DNA from: Caldisphaera sp.
Lineage (GTDB): Archaea; Thermoproteota; Thermoprotei_A; Sulfolobales; Acidilobaceae
Reading direction: 5' to 3'
DNA: 64,000 nt
NCBI GenBank assembly: GCA_049971805.1
Contig: JBMFKU010000001.1
Location: forward strand, 50,675 to 114,674
Positions 39,022 through 49,350 of the stretch are shown piece by piece; within the stretch, counting starts at the first letter, position 1; every line of letters begins with the position of its first letter. The notes under the pieces were generated by a model. It had not been told where the DNA came from, made no database searches, and was given only the letters and a program-made list of their open reading frames with translations. Position numbers and translations under genes: made by a program.

Positions 39022-40899
39022 TTGGTGTTTAGCATGGTAATAGAAAAGAGAAAATTTTCTGTTGATGATATCATTAATATGTCTACTATAAATGATGTTA
39101 GAATATCAAATAATAATGATATAGCCTTTTCATTTACAAAAGCTGATTTAAACAAAAATAAAAATGTAAGCGAAATACAGGTAATTTTATCCTCTAATAA
39201 AATTTATTTCTTGACTGAAAACGATAGCACTCCAAGGTGGTCCCCTTCAGGAGATAAATTAGCTTTCATAAGTAGGAGAGGAGAAGATGAAAAGACAAGA
39301 GGTCAAGCTCTATATATTTATGTAATCGGAGGGGAGGTAAAAAGACTTTCTTGGTTCAAATTTGGCGTGCTATACATGGATTGGTTCAATGAAGATAAAA
39401 TAATAGTGTTAAGTCCAAAACCTGTAGAGGCTTTTTATGATGAAGACAATGATTACGTTTCAACAGATAGATTGCCTCTTTGGATGGATGAAAGCGACTT
39501 TATTGGTAATTTTAACTATGCCATATATTTGGTTGATATAAATTCCGGTTATATTAAGGAAATTGCTAACGAACCTAACTATATTAATAGCATTGTATTT
39601 TGTAAAAACTATCTATATTATTCAACTATAATTGATTATAAAAATCCCCTTTTATATAAAGTTATTAAGGTAGATATTAATGATATGAAATATGATGAGA
39701 TTCTTAGCAATTATACAATAGAATCTCTAAGGTGCTTTAATGATAAGTTATACCTATTGATGCACAAAGGGGAAATAGGTCTAGCGAGTCATTTTAAACT
39801 TTATGAAATAGGCTCTGATAATAAAATAAATTGTCTGACATGTAAGTTATTGGATAGAAATATAGTAAACATCATAGGAAGCTTTAATGATGGTTTAGCA
39901 TTAATTATTAATGATTCTGGCTCATCAAAAGTTATTTTGTATAAAGAAAATTCAATTAAAGATTTATTTGGTGAAAAAGGCTATGTTTATTTAGGTGACG
40001 CAAATGGTAAATTATTAGTATATGCTTATGCCGATCCAATAAAACCTATGGAACTATATTTATATGATGGAAACAAGATTAATAAGTTAACAAAATTAAA
40101 TGAATTCATATTAAATGAAACAAATTTAATAAATCCAATTCATGAGACTTTTATGTATAATGGAAGAATACTTGATGGATGGGTGATGTTGCCTAATACT
40201 AACAATAAAGTTCCATTAATATTATATATTCATGGTGGACCAAAAAGTATGTATGGGTATAACTTTTATCCAGAAATGCAACTGATGGTATCAAATAATT
40301 TTGCTGTTGCATTTACTAATCCATTAGGAAGCGATGGCTATGAAGAAAAATTTGCTGAAATAAGAGGAAAATATGGAGAAGATGATTTTAATCAAATAAT
40401 AGCATTTCTAGATTATATATTAAATAAATACAGTAATATAGATAGAGATAGATTGGGTGTTACGGGCATTAGTTATGGAGGATTTATGACAAATGTTATG
40501 ATTACAAAAACTAATAGATTTAAAGCAGCAATAAGTGAAAACGGAATAGCAGATTGGATAGCAGATTATTATGCATCAGATATAGGTTATTGGTTTAATC
40601 CGGATCAAATTGGTGATACTCCTCAAGAGAACTTGGATGAATATATTAAGAAAAGTCCTGCATATTTTATCGATAATGTTAAAACACCTGTTTTGTTTAT
40701 ACATAGTATGCAAGATTATAGGTGCTTTGTTGATCAGTCGTTGGCAATGCACACATCATTAGTTTCCAGAGGTAAGGATTCTAGGATAATAATATTCAAT
40801 AAAGGTAGCCATGGTCATAGCACAAAAGCTGAGCCGAGACACAGAAAAAAGAGATATGAAATAAAGTTGAAATATTTTAATGAAAAACTAAAAATATAA
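39022..40899 (+). CDS. S9-family peptidase (acylaminoacyl-peptidase-like)
   Basis: PRWSPSG, IHGGP, GISYGG nucleophile, IHSMQDYRC, GSHGH. Confidence 0.92.
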   Translation: MVFSMVIEKRKFSVDDIINMSTINDVRISNNNDIAFSFTKADLNKNKNVSEIQVILSSNKIYFLTENDSTPRWSPSGDKLAFISRRGEDEKTRGQALYIYVIGGEVKRLSWFKFGVLYMDWFNEDKIIVLSPKPVEAFYDEDNDYVSTDRLPLWMDESDFIGNFNYAIYLVDINSGYIKEIANEPNYINSIVFCKNYLYYSTIIDYKNPLLYKVIKVDINDMKYDEILSNYTIESLRCFNDKLYLLMHKGEIGLASHFKLYEIGSDNKINCLTCKLLDRNIVNIIGSFNDGLALIINDSGSSKVILYKENSIKDLFGEKGYVYLGDANGKLLVYAYADPIKPMELYLYDGNKINKLTKLNEFILNETNLINPIHETFMYNGRILDGWVMLPNTNNKVPLILYIHGGPKSMYGYNFYPEMQLMVSNNFAVAFTNPLGSDGYEEKFAEIRGKYGEDDFNQIIAFLDYILNKYSNIDRDRLGVTGISYGGFMTNVMITKTNRFKAAISENGIADWIADYYASDIGYWFNPDQIGDTPQENLDEYIKKSPAYFIDNVKTPVLFIHSMQDYRCFVDQSLAMHTSLVSRGKDSRIIIFNKGSHGHSTKAEPRHRKKRYEIKLKYFNEKLKI

Positions 40900-40989
40900 G
40901 ATTTTAGTTTTTATAGAACTTTACTAAAAAACAGAATTTATTAGTCATTCAAAAGCTAAAATTTTTTATTTTTGGTTTTAGATTATTGA

Positions 40990-42435
40990 TTGTGGGGTAA
41001 TATGTTAAGAATAAACCTTCCTAAAAAAGAAATAAACACATTTTATGCATTTTCAGAAGAAGTTCCATCTGAAGAATATTGTAGAGGATTAGCATGCTAT
41101 GTAGCTAGAAACCTAAAACCTGAAATATGGAAAAAAGCAGTTTCTCAAAACACTAGGACTTATTGCTTAGGTAAATGCTATTCTTCACCTTCTTCATCGA
41201 GTTATGATGAAAAACCAATTATTCAAAATAAATCAAGAGAATCGATTTTATTGAAATATATGATTAAAGAAAATTCTAATATAAAAGATTATTTAGCTCT
41301 CGGAGGATTCAAATCAATGGAATACGCTCTAACTTCAATGTCTCAAAAAGAAATTATTGATGAAGTTGATAAATCTTTTTTAAGAGGAAGAGGAGGAGCC
41401 GGATTTCCAACTGGAAAAAAATGGCTATCTGTTTTTAACCAAAAAGAAAAAGAAAGATATCTAATAGTTAATGCAGACGAAGGGGATCCTGGGGCATTCA
41501 GTGATAGGTTCTTAATGGAATATTCACCTCACTTAGTTATAGAAGGTTCAATCATATCAGCATATGCTATAGGTGCAAAGAAGATTTACTTTTATATAAG
41601 AAGAGAATATCCAAAGTCAATATTTAGGATAAAAAATGCTATATTAGAAATAAAGCATTATTTTGAAGGTAAATTGAAATTACCTGATATCTTAGTTGAA
41701 GTTGGGAAAGGAAGTTATGTATCTGGAGAGGAAACTGCAATGATAAATGCAATAATGGGTAGGAGACCAGAACCCATGCAAAGGCCTCCTTTTCCAACTG
41801 AAAGAGGACTTTTTGGGAAGCCAACAGTTGTAAATAATGTTGAAACCATATCAAACATACCATACATAGTTGAAAATGGTGGTAAGAAATACTATGAACT
41901 AGGATTTTCTAAGAGCAGGGGAACCAAATTAATTTCTTTAAATTCATTATTTAATGAACCAGGATTGTATGAGGTGGAATTCGGTATAACACTTGATGAT
42001 ATAGTTTATAAAATAGGAGGAGGATTAAAAAAAGGTAAGTTAACTGGTGTCTTAATTGGAGCACCTTTTTCAGGAGTTGTTAAACCAGATGAATTAAATA
42101 CAAGGCTTGGATACGAAGAATTAAAGGAGATCAATGCTTCATTGGGTCATGGAAATATAATAGCATTTAATGACGAAACTAAAATTGGTGATCTATTGCA
42201 TGAAATTCTCCTTTTCTCTTCTTATGAATCTTGTGGAAAATGTACACCTTGTAGAGTTGGAACAAAGAGACTAGAAGAAATATTTTCTAAAGGATATGTA
42301 TCATTAAATGAATTAGATGAGGTTAACGATATAGTTTATGCGTTAAGAAAATCAAGTTTATGTGGATTAGGTACAGGCACAGGGGAAACAGTAAACACCT
42401 TTTTATTAAAATATAGAGATGAGGTGATAAAATAA
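40990..42435 (+). CDS. NuoF-like NADH-binding flavoprotein with fused NuoE-like N-terminus
   Basis: CRGLAC...CLGKC N-terminal 2Fe-2S-like motif, LRGRGGAGFPTG, NADEGDPG, GEETAMI, NNVET, SCGKCTPCRVG...SLCGLG. Confidence 0.9.
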   Translation: MWGNMLRINLPKKEINTFYAFSEEVPSEEYCRGLACYVARNLKPEIWKKAVSQNTRTYCLGKCYSSPSSSSYDEKPIIQNKSRESILLKYMIKENSNIKDYLALGGFKSMEYALTSMSQKEIIDEVDKSFLRGRGGAGFPTGKKWLSVFNQKEKERYLIVNADEGDPGAFSDRFLMEYSPHLVIEGSIISAYAIGAKKIYFYIRREYPKSIFRIKNAILEIKHYFEGKLKLPDILVEVGKGSYVSGEETAMINAIMGRRPEPMQRPPFPTERGLFGKPTVVNNVETISNIPYIVENGGKKYYELGFSKSRGTKLISLNSLFNEPGLYEVEFGITLDDIVYKIGGGLKKGKLTGVLIGAPFSGVVKPDELNTRLGYEELKEINASLGHGNIIAFNDETKIGDLLHEILLFSSYESCGKCTPCRVGTKRLEEIFSKGYVSLNELDEVNDIVYALRKSSLCGLGTGTGETVNTFLLKYRDEVIK

Positions 42436-44540
42436 TGAAGGTTAAAATCGATGGTAAAGAATTAAATTTTAATAAGAAAATAACGATATTAAATGCAGCG
42501 AGAAGCATAGGTATAGATATACCGAGTTTGTGTTATGATGATCGCTTGTCTCCGTATGGTTCTTGCAGGTTATGCCTAGTTAACATAAAAAGTAAAGGTA
42601 TTGTAACTTCTTGTAACACGTATATAGATGATGGTATGGAAATAGAAACAGAAAATGAAGAAATAAATAAATTAAGGGTAGAAAATTTAAAATTATTGTT
42701 ACACAAATATCCAAAAGGTTATGATAAAAAATATGCAGATAAGAGATTTCATGAATTAATTAAAAAATATAGGTTAGAGGCAAAGATAGAAAGTGAAGAT
42801 ACAAAATTGATTGATTCTACTCATCCATTAATTTATGTTAATATGAATAGATGTATTAATTGCTACAATTGTGTTAGAGCATGCGAAGATATAGTAGGAA
42901 AGCTTGTCTGGAGATCTGTTAATAGAGGTTATAATACGTTAGTAATAGCAGAAGGTAATAAATTAGGTAATAGCTCTTGTATAAGTTGTAGAACGTGCAT
43001 TGACGTATGTCCGAGCGGAGCTATCGAGGATTCGATTTTAATTAAAAACGTGTATCCTCAAAGATGGATAGACTCTACATGCTCTACATGCTCTATTGCA
43101 TGCCCAGTTAAAATTGGCCTATCTAACAATGATCCTTCTTTAGTTAAGTTAGATGATAAAAAACTTAAATATGCAACTGATTGCTTGCTTGGAGAATATC
43201 ATTGGGAAGATACATACTACAGCATAGAAAGAATATATTATCCTTTAATCAGAGCAGAAAATAACTTTTTAAAAACAAATTATGATCATGCTATAAATTA
43301 CTTAGCGAGTAACATAAAAGACATAATCTCTAAATATGGGCCAGATAAAATAGGTTTTTTAGTTGCAAATAGATTAACTATGGAAGAGTATTATGTGTTG
43401 CAAAAACTTGGCAGAGATGTAATAAAGACAAATAATATAGGTTCTAACTTAGATATTTGTTTTAAAGATGACTTAAATAATTTATTAAATTCTATAGGTT
43501 TTGTTCATTCTTCTATAGCTTTAGATAAATTAGATGAATCAAAGGTAGTATTTGTAGTAGGAGAGATTGATAGGTATCATCCTGCATTATCTTCTATTAT
43601 TAGAAAAATATCCTTGCAAGGGAAGACAAGTTTGATTGTAATAGACTCATTAAATAGCAACAAACCTATACATAATGCATCCGATATTTATATAAATGTT
43701 GATGAAAGCACTATGGCTAGAATTTTCAAATATATAAATTATTTGCTAATAAAAGAAAATAGATATGATAGAGAATACATAAATAATATAGAAAATTTGA
43801 ATTCATATTATAAAAAAATTGAGAATGAAATTAAGAATAAAGAAGACCTAATTCCACTATATGAAAAACTAGATGCAATATTTAGGCTCATAAGTGAAAA
43901 TAAACCTATAACTTTTATAGTCGAGTTAAACAATGATAATGAATTAAGTAAGGAAATAATAAACACGTATTTGCTTTCTAACAATAGCAAATTAAACAAT
44001 AAAATTATACCTTTGTTTGGTAGCTGCGATTTAATAGATTCTCTTTATATGGGCGTTTCAAATAAATTTGAACCGGGATTAAAGCCAAGCAATAAAACCG
44101 GTTTGGATGGACTATCAATAATAGAAAAAGCAGAGAAGGGGGAAATAAAGGGTTTAATTGTTATTGGTAATTCACTATTAAATTCAAATTTGTATAGGGA
44201 AAAAATACTAAAAGCATTAAAAAGAGTGGACTTTATAGCGCAAATAACTCCAAAATTTGATATTGTTGCTAAATATTATGCCAAATTAATTATACCATCT
44301 CCTACAAGCCTAGAAAAAGATGGCCATTATTTAAGCATCGATATGAAGATAAGGAAATCAAATAAAGCAATAGATAATGGGATAAAACAGGAATTTAATA
44401 TATTTAATGAGATTTCAAAATCGCTTAATGGCTTTTATTATAAAAGTAATGAAGAAGTCTGGAATGAAATTGGTTCTATTAATGAATACTTAAACAATAT
44501 CCTAATTAATAAATTTAAGGGAGGATACCTGTTAATATAG
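42435..44540 (+). CDS. NuoG/FdhA-like Fe-S protein with degenerate molybdopterin-type domain
   Basis: IPSLC...CRLC...C (2Fe-2S), CINCYNC and CISCRTCIDVCP (two 4Fe-4S), CSTCSIAC...C; diverged C-terminal part ending without a recognisable cofactor-cap domain. Confidence 0.8.
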   Translation: MKVKIDGKELNFNKKITILNAARSIGIDIPSLCYDDRLSPYGSCRLCLVNIKSKGIVTSCNTYIDDGMEIETENEEINKLRVENLKLLLHKYPKGYDKKYADKRFHELIKKYRLEAKIESEDTKLIDSTHPLIYVNMNRCINCYNCVRACEDIVGKLVWRSVNRGYNTLVIAEGNKLGNSSCISCRTCIDVCPSGAIEDSILIKNVYPQRWIDSTCSTCSIACPVKIGLSNNDPSLVKLDDKKLKYATDCLLGEYHWEDTYYSIERIYYPLIRAENNFLKTNYDHAINYLASNIKDIISKYGPDKIGFLVANRLTMEEYYVLQKLGRDVIKTNNIGSNLDICFKDDLNNLLNSIGFVHSSIALDKLDESKVVFVVGEIDRYHPALSSIIRKISLQGKTSLIVIDSLNSNKPIHNASDIYINVDESTMARIFKYINYLLIKENRYDREYINNIENLNSYYKKIENEIKNKEDLIPLYEKLDAIFRLISENKPITFIVELNNDNELSKEIINTYLLSNNSKLNNKIIPLFGSCDLIDSLYMGVSNKFEPGLKPSNKTGLDGLSIIEKAEKGEIKGLIVIGNSLLNSNLYREKILKALKRVDFIAQITPKFDIVAKYYAKLIIPSPTSLEKDGHYLSIDMKIRKSNKAIDNGIKQEFNIFNEISKSLNGFYYKSNEEVWNEIGSINEYLNNILINKFKGGYLLI

Positions 44541-44635
44541 TTAAAATAAAACATTTTTAATAGATAAGAAGGTATAATGAGATATAATGAAAAGCTTAAT
44601 TATTCTTTTATGTATAGATACAAGGGGGGACTTAA

Positions 44636-45148
44636 GTGGTTAAACTATTAATGGCTATTCCTAATAAGTGCACAGGTTGTGGGAGATGTGAAGAAGCTTG
44701 TTCATTTCATCATTTTAATATTATTGATCCTACCCTTTCTGCAATACATGTAGTAAGGATAGAAAATGAGCCTTTAGATGCTCCAGTATTTTGCATACAA
44801 TGTGGATTGTGTACTCTTCCAGGAGTATGCCCAGAAAATGCTATTTATAGGGATCCAAACACATTTGCAGTTATAATAGATAGAAATAAATGTGATGGCT
44901 GTACAAATTGTATTGCAGTTTGCCCATATGGTGTTATAACATTAGATCATATTGAGAAGAAAGCTATAAAATGTGATTTATGTGGAGGAGATCCTCAATG
45001 TGTAAAGGCATGTCCTGAAGGTGCTTTGCAATATCTGGAAGCTGACGATTCGGCATATTATAAAAGATATTTCTTTGCTCAAATGCAAAAGAAAGGGCTT
45101 ATACCAATAGTACCATATCCATCCCCAGGTACAAGGGAGGCTGTTTAA
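44636..45148 (+). CDS. 4Fe-4S dicluster protein (AOR-associated electron-transfer subunit)
   Basis: Four Cys motifs: CTGCGRC..C, CIQC..C...CP, CDGCTNC..VCP, CDLC...CVKACP. Confidence 0.93.
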   Translation: MVKLLMAIPNKCTGCGRCEEACSFHHFNIIDPTLSAIHVVRIENEPLDAPVFCIQCGLCTLPGVCPENAIYRDPNTFAVIIDRNKCDGCTNCIAVCPYGVITLDHIEKKAIKCDLCGGDPQCVKACPEGALQYLEADDSAYYKRYFFAQMQKKGLIPIVPYPSPGTREAV

Positions 45149-45149
45149 G

Positions 45150-47069
45150 ATGAAGGAATGGTATGGTTATACAGGTAGAATTTTAAGAGTAGATTTAAGC
45201 AAAGGTAAAGTAGTTGTTGATGAGTTAAAAGATGATTGGCCAAAGCTTTATGTCGGTGGTTTGGGATTTGCTGCAAGGATAATGTGGGATGAGTTTACTC
45301 CATTAACTGATCCATTATCTCCAGAAAGCATATTAATTGGAACCGCAGGTCCTATGACTGGTACCTTAGCACCAGGTAGTGGAAACATATTTTGGGCATT
45401 TAAGTCACCCTTAACTAATTTCTGGGGGGAAACTAGATCTGGAGGTAAATTTGGGGCATTTTTGAAGTTTAGTGGGTTTGATGTAATAATTATAAAGGGG
45501 AAGTCACAAGAACCTGTTTACTTGTATTTAGAAGGAGGAAAAGCCGAGATAAGGAAGGCAGACCATCTATGGGAAATGACTGTGCATCAAGCTACAGATA
45601 CTATTAAAGAAGAAGTCGGGGCAAAAGATATTTCAGTTACAACAATTGGTCCAGCTGGAGAAAATCTGGTTAGATACGCATCTATAATAAATGACTATGA
45701 TAGAGCGGCTGGTAGAACTGGTGGAGGTGCAGTAATGGGATCTAAGAAGTTAAAGGCTATTGTTGCAGCTGGAGGATATGGAGTAAGGGTGTATGATCCA
45801 GAAAGATTTCTATCTCTTTCATATGAAGCTGAAAAGGCAATAATATCTGATGCTGGAAACAAAGGTATGGGTGCCCACGGAACAATAGGGGGCTTATCAT
45901 TATTGAATACCGTAGGGGGTTTACCTACTCAGAACTTTAGGACAGGTTATTTCGAGAACGCCGATAAAATATCAGGAGATTATTTGGAAAGAAATTATAT
46001 GATAAAGAGGAGGGCATGCTATAGTTGTACAATAGGTTGTAGCAGGTATTCTTATGTTGCAGCAGGAAAATACGCTACCCCTCCGAATGAAGGCCCAGAG
46101 TATGAAACCGCTGATATGAGTGGAGCAATGTTAATGAATGGAAACATGGAGTCAATAATAAGGTTTAATTACTTAGCCAACAATTATGGTATTGATACCA
46201 TATCTTTAGGCCATACTATTTCGTGGGCAATTGAGGCATATGAATTAGGTATGTTAACTGATGAAGACACTAATGGAATAAAACTAAGATGGGGGGATCC
46301 TGATATTATGCTAAAATTAGTTAATATGATAGCATATAGGCAAGGCATAGGAGATTTATTGGCTGAAGGCAGTTATGCTGCATCTAAAAAGATAGGAAAA
46401 GGGTCAGAGGAAATAGTTAATCATGTAAAGGGTTTGGAATTTCCTGCCCATGATCCGAGGGTTGAATCTAAGTTTTTGGCCATCCAATATGCAGTGGGTC
46501 CAAGAGGGGCTTGCCACATACATCCAATATATCCATCATATGATATGATGGGAGTTGATAGCGGGCTAAGAGCTGTAGGATTACCTTGGCCATTACCAGA
46601 TAGATTAGATGAGACAGGAGTTAATAGAGGTAAGGCATATAGAGTAATAGCTTTATATGGTGAAGTATTAAATAGCCTAGGATATTGCAATTTCTACGTA
46701 CAAAGTAAAGAAGATGGATCTTTATCTCCTAAAAGGCTATCTGCTTTGTATTCATCTTTAACAGGAATTGAACTAACACCAATGCAAATTTTTGAAGCAG
46801 GAGAAAGAAGCTGGAATCTGAAGAGGGCATTTAATATAAGAGAAGGGCTTAATAGGAAGCATGATACATTACCTAAAAGGGTTAAAATGCCTGTAATGAC
46901 AGGACCAGCCAAAGGCTTAAAGGTTGAAAATCCTGATGGAATGGTAGACGAGACCTATGAGGCGTTTGGCTGGGAGAAGCAAAGCGGCTATATAAAGGAA
47001 GAAACATTAAGAAGACTTGATCTTGATGATGTAGCTGAGTACTTAAAAAATGTTAAGAAATTAGCATAA
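45150..47069 (+). CDS. aor: Aldehyde:ferredoxin oxidoreductase (tungsten AOR family)
   Basis: GYTGRILRVDLS, FKSPLT, IGPAGENLV, AAGRTGGGAVMGSKKLKA, CYSCTIGC, EGPEYET, GIDTIS, RGACH. Confidence 0.93.
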   Translation: MKEWYGYTGRILRVDLSKGKVVVDELKDDWPKLYVGGLGFAARIMWDEFTPLTDPLSPESILIGTAGPMTGTLAPGSGNIFWAFKSPLTNFWGETRSGGKFGAFLKFSGFDVIIIKGKSQEPVYLYLEGGKAEIRKADHLWEMTVHQATDTIKEEVGAKDISVTTIGPAGENLVRYASIINDYDRAAGRTGGGAVMGSKKLKAIVAAGGYGVRVYDPERFLSLSYEAEKAIISDAGNKGMGAHGTIGGLSLLNTVGGLPTQNFRTGYFENADKISGDYLERNYMIKRRACYSCTIGCSRYSYVAAGKYATPPNEGPEYETADMSGAMLMNGNMESIIRFNYLANNYGIDTISLGHTISWAIEAYELGMLTDEDTNGIKLRWGDPDIMLKLVNMIAYRQGIGDLLAEGSYAASKKIGKGSEEIVNHVKGLEFPAHDPRVESKFLAIQYAVGPRGACHIHPIYPSYDMMGVDSGLRAVGLPWPLPDRLDETGVNRGKAYRVIALYGEVLNSLGYCNFYVQSKEDGSLSPKRLSALYSSLTGIELTPMQIFEAGERSWNLKRAFNIREGLNRKHDTLPKRVKMPVMTGPAKGLKVENPDGMVDETYEAFGWEKQSGYIKEETLRRLDLDDVAEYLKNVKKLA

Positions 47070-47169
47070 TATAATCATTTTTTATTTGTAATTTTATTTA
47101 TTAGTAGAGGTTTTTATGCCAATTTCTTTAGTAAAAATTTGGATTTAACTGATAGGGAGCTGTTAAAAG

Positions 47170-48261
47170 TTGAAGGTAAGAAAACAAGAAGGTATATTAA
47201 TAACTGTTATGTCATTAAATGGTATAATTTTTGGATCCTCTCAATTGGTAAATCCATTATATCTTAAAGACTTAGGATTAAATTCTGCGATAATTGGTTT
47301 TCTTTTAACAGGTCAAATGCTTATTGGATCTATGCTATCAATAACTCTTTCTATTTTTGGCGATGCCTATGGAAGGAAAAAATTCGCAATATTAAGTAGA
47401 GCAATAAGTATAACAGGTTTATTTATTTTATTTTTAGGCATCCCTTTTGGTATTCTAATGTCAACTTTAATGGGTGGAGGAGGATTAATTGGTGCTCTTA
47501 TGGCAGAAAAATCTAGAGACCTAGATAAAAATTTAAGTATAGCATATTCTTCCAGTACATTCCTATCTATTTTAGGAGCATTATTACCAATTTTTATATC
47601 ATTAAGGTACATAATTTTAATAAACTTATTTATAGTTACGTTGGCAGCGATCCTTCTCTTATTTGTAAAAGAAGAATATAAAGGAATGGGAAAAATTGAT
47701 ATTAGACTCAAGTCCATAAATAAGGTAGCAAAGCTTTCAGTTGAATCCTTTATAGGCTTGGGAGCAGGTTTAATTTTACCTATAATGTCTCTATGGTTTT
47801 ATTTGAGGTTTAATGTAAGTGCTCAACAAATGAGTCCAGTATTTGCTATATCAGATGCATCATTAGCAATAACTACTCTTTTCTCTCCTAAGCTCTCAAA
47901 AATTTTTGGTAGAGTAAAGGCAATAGTCTATACTCATATTTTGGGAATTATATTGCTAATACTGCTTCCATTAGTAAATTCTTATTATTTGGCCACGTTA
48001 ATATTTGTTTTGAGAAATACAGCCATGAATATGACTGGTCCCTTGTTTAGCTCATTTATATTAAATCTTATTCCTAAAGAAGAAAGGGCCAGAGGGCAGA
48101 GCTTAATAAATTTAATAGATTCAATACCAAGAAGTTTTGGACCATCAATAGGAGGTTATTTATTTTATTTAGGTAGGCTTGACATACCTTTTTTCATAAC
48201 ATCTGGTCTCTATTCTATAGCGACTTTGGGCTTTTATTTATTTTTTAAAGATGTAAGATAA
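47170..48261 (+). CDS. MFS transporter
   Basis: GDAYGRKK motif A, multiple TM helices, IPKEERARG. Confidence 0.88.
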   Translation: MKVRKQEGILITVMSLNGIIFGSSQLVNPLYLKDLGLNSAIIGFLLTGQMLIGSMLSITLSIFGDAYGRKKFAILSRAISITGLFILFLGIPFGILMSTLMGGGGLIGALMAEKSRDLDKNLSIAYSSSTFLSILGALLPIFISLRYIILINLFIVTLAAILLLFVKEEYKGMGKIDIRLKSINKVAKLSVESFIGLGAGLILPIMSLWFYLRFNVSAQQMSPVFAISDASLAITTLFSPKLSKIFGRVKAIVYTHILGIILLILLPLVNSYYLATLIFVLRNTAMNMTGPLFSSFILNLIPKEERARGQSLINLIDSIPRSFGPSIGGYLFYLGRLDIPFFITSGLYSIATLGFYLFFKDVR

Positions 48262-48335
48262 TAAACAAAACTGCATTTAGAACAAAAGAAAATCTTAATT
48301 TAACAATATATTTAGGTTAGATATCTAAAAAATTC

Positions 48336-49238
48336 TTGGAGGGAGGATTGAGGTGTATGGATTATTTAGATTCAGAGGTAGGGAAATTAAGAGAAGTAAT
48401 GATGCATGTTCCTGGGAAAGAGCTGGAACTCGTAAATGATAAAAATTATAATAAATATCTTTTTTCTGCTCCAAATATAGATAAAGAAGAATTCAAAAAG
48501 GAAATAATTGATCTTATAGATCTATATAAAAAAGAAGGAGTTAAGGTTAACCTTGTTCAAGGGTTAGAGGATAAACCAAATGCTGTATATTCTAGAGATT
48601 CTTTTCTGATGACGCCAAAAGGTGCTATAATTTCAAATTTTAAATATGATGTTAGAAAAGGAGAAGAATTAGAATATGAAAAGGCATTAAGAGAATTAAA
48701 CTATAATATAATAAAGAAAATGCAAGGTGTTGAAATTTTTGAGGGTGGGAACGCACTAATATTAAACAGCGAAACTGCCTTAGTTGGTATAGGGGAAAGA
48801 AATAATAAAAATGGAGTTGAGGCTTTCGTTTCTTTAATGCAATCAATGGGTTTTAAAAATATATTAGAAATTCAAACACCAATGAGCAAGATACACATAG
48901 ACGAGTATGTATCTCAAGTAAATGAGGATACAATTATTACTATTAGGCAGCTTTTTCCATGGGATATAGCAGATCAACTAAGAAAGCTAGGATTTAATAT
49001 AATAACTGTAGAATATGGGGATGTATCTAGTGATTTAAAGGCTAGATTATGCCTTAATTCAGTTGCATTGGCGCCAAATAAAATTGTAATTGGAGAAGGA
49101 TGCAATACTGTAAGAAAAATACTAGAAGATAATGCGGTTGATGTAATTTTAAATAAAATTGATGAGGTAGTGAAGGGTGGGGGAGGGATTCACTGCGTAA
49201 CAGGCCAATTAAAGAGGGATAGTATAAAAATAGGTTAA
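48336..49238 (+). CDS. Arginine deiminase/amidinotransferase (pentein) family protein
   Basis: DSEVGKLREVMMH, YSRDS, FEGGN, IHID, GGGGIHC catalytic residues. Start probably the ATG at 48357. Confidence 0.88.
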   Translation: MEGGLRCMDYLDSEVGKLREVMMHVPGKELELVNDKNYNKYLFSAPNIDKEEFKKEIIDLIDLYKKEGVKVNLVQGLEDKPNAVYSRDSFLMTPKGAIISNFKYDVRKGEELEYEKALRELNYNIIKKMQGVEIFEGGNALILNSETALVGIGERNNKNGVEAFVSLMQSMGFKNILEIQTPMSKIHIDEYVSQVNEDTIITIRQLFPWDIADQLRKLGFNIITVEYGDVSSDLKARLCLNSVALAPNKIVIGEGCNTVRKILEDNAVDVILNKIDEVVKGGGGIHCVTGQLKRDSIKIG

Positions 49239-49350
49239 TGATAATTGTTCAAATTTTTAAATTAATTTTTAAATTAATATTATTATTAATTTGTATTCAT
49301 TAATGTATTTTATTTTTAGTTATAGATTATAATTTGGTTGTGCTTGGTGA

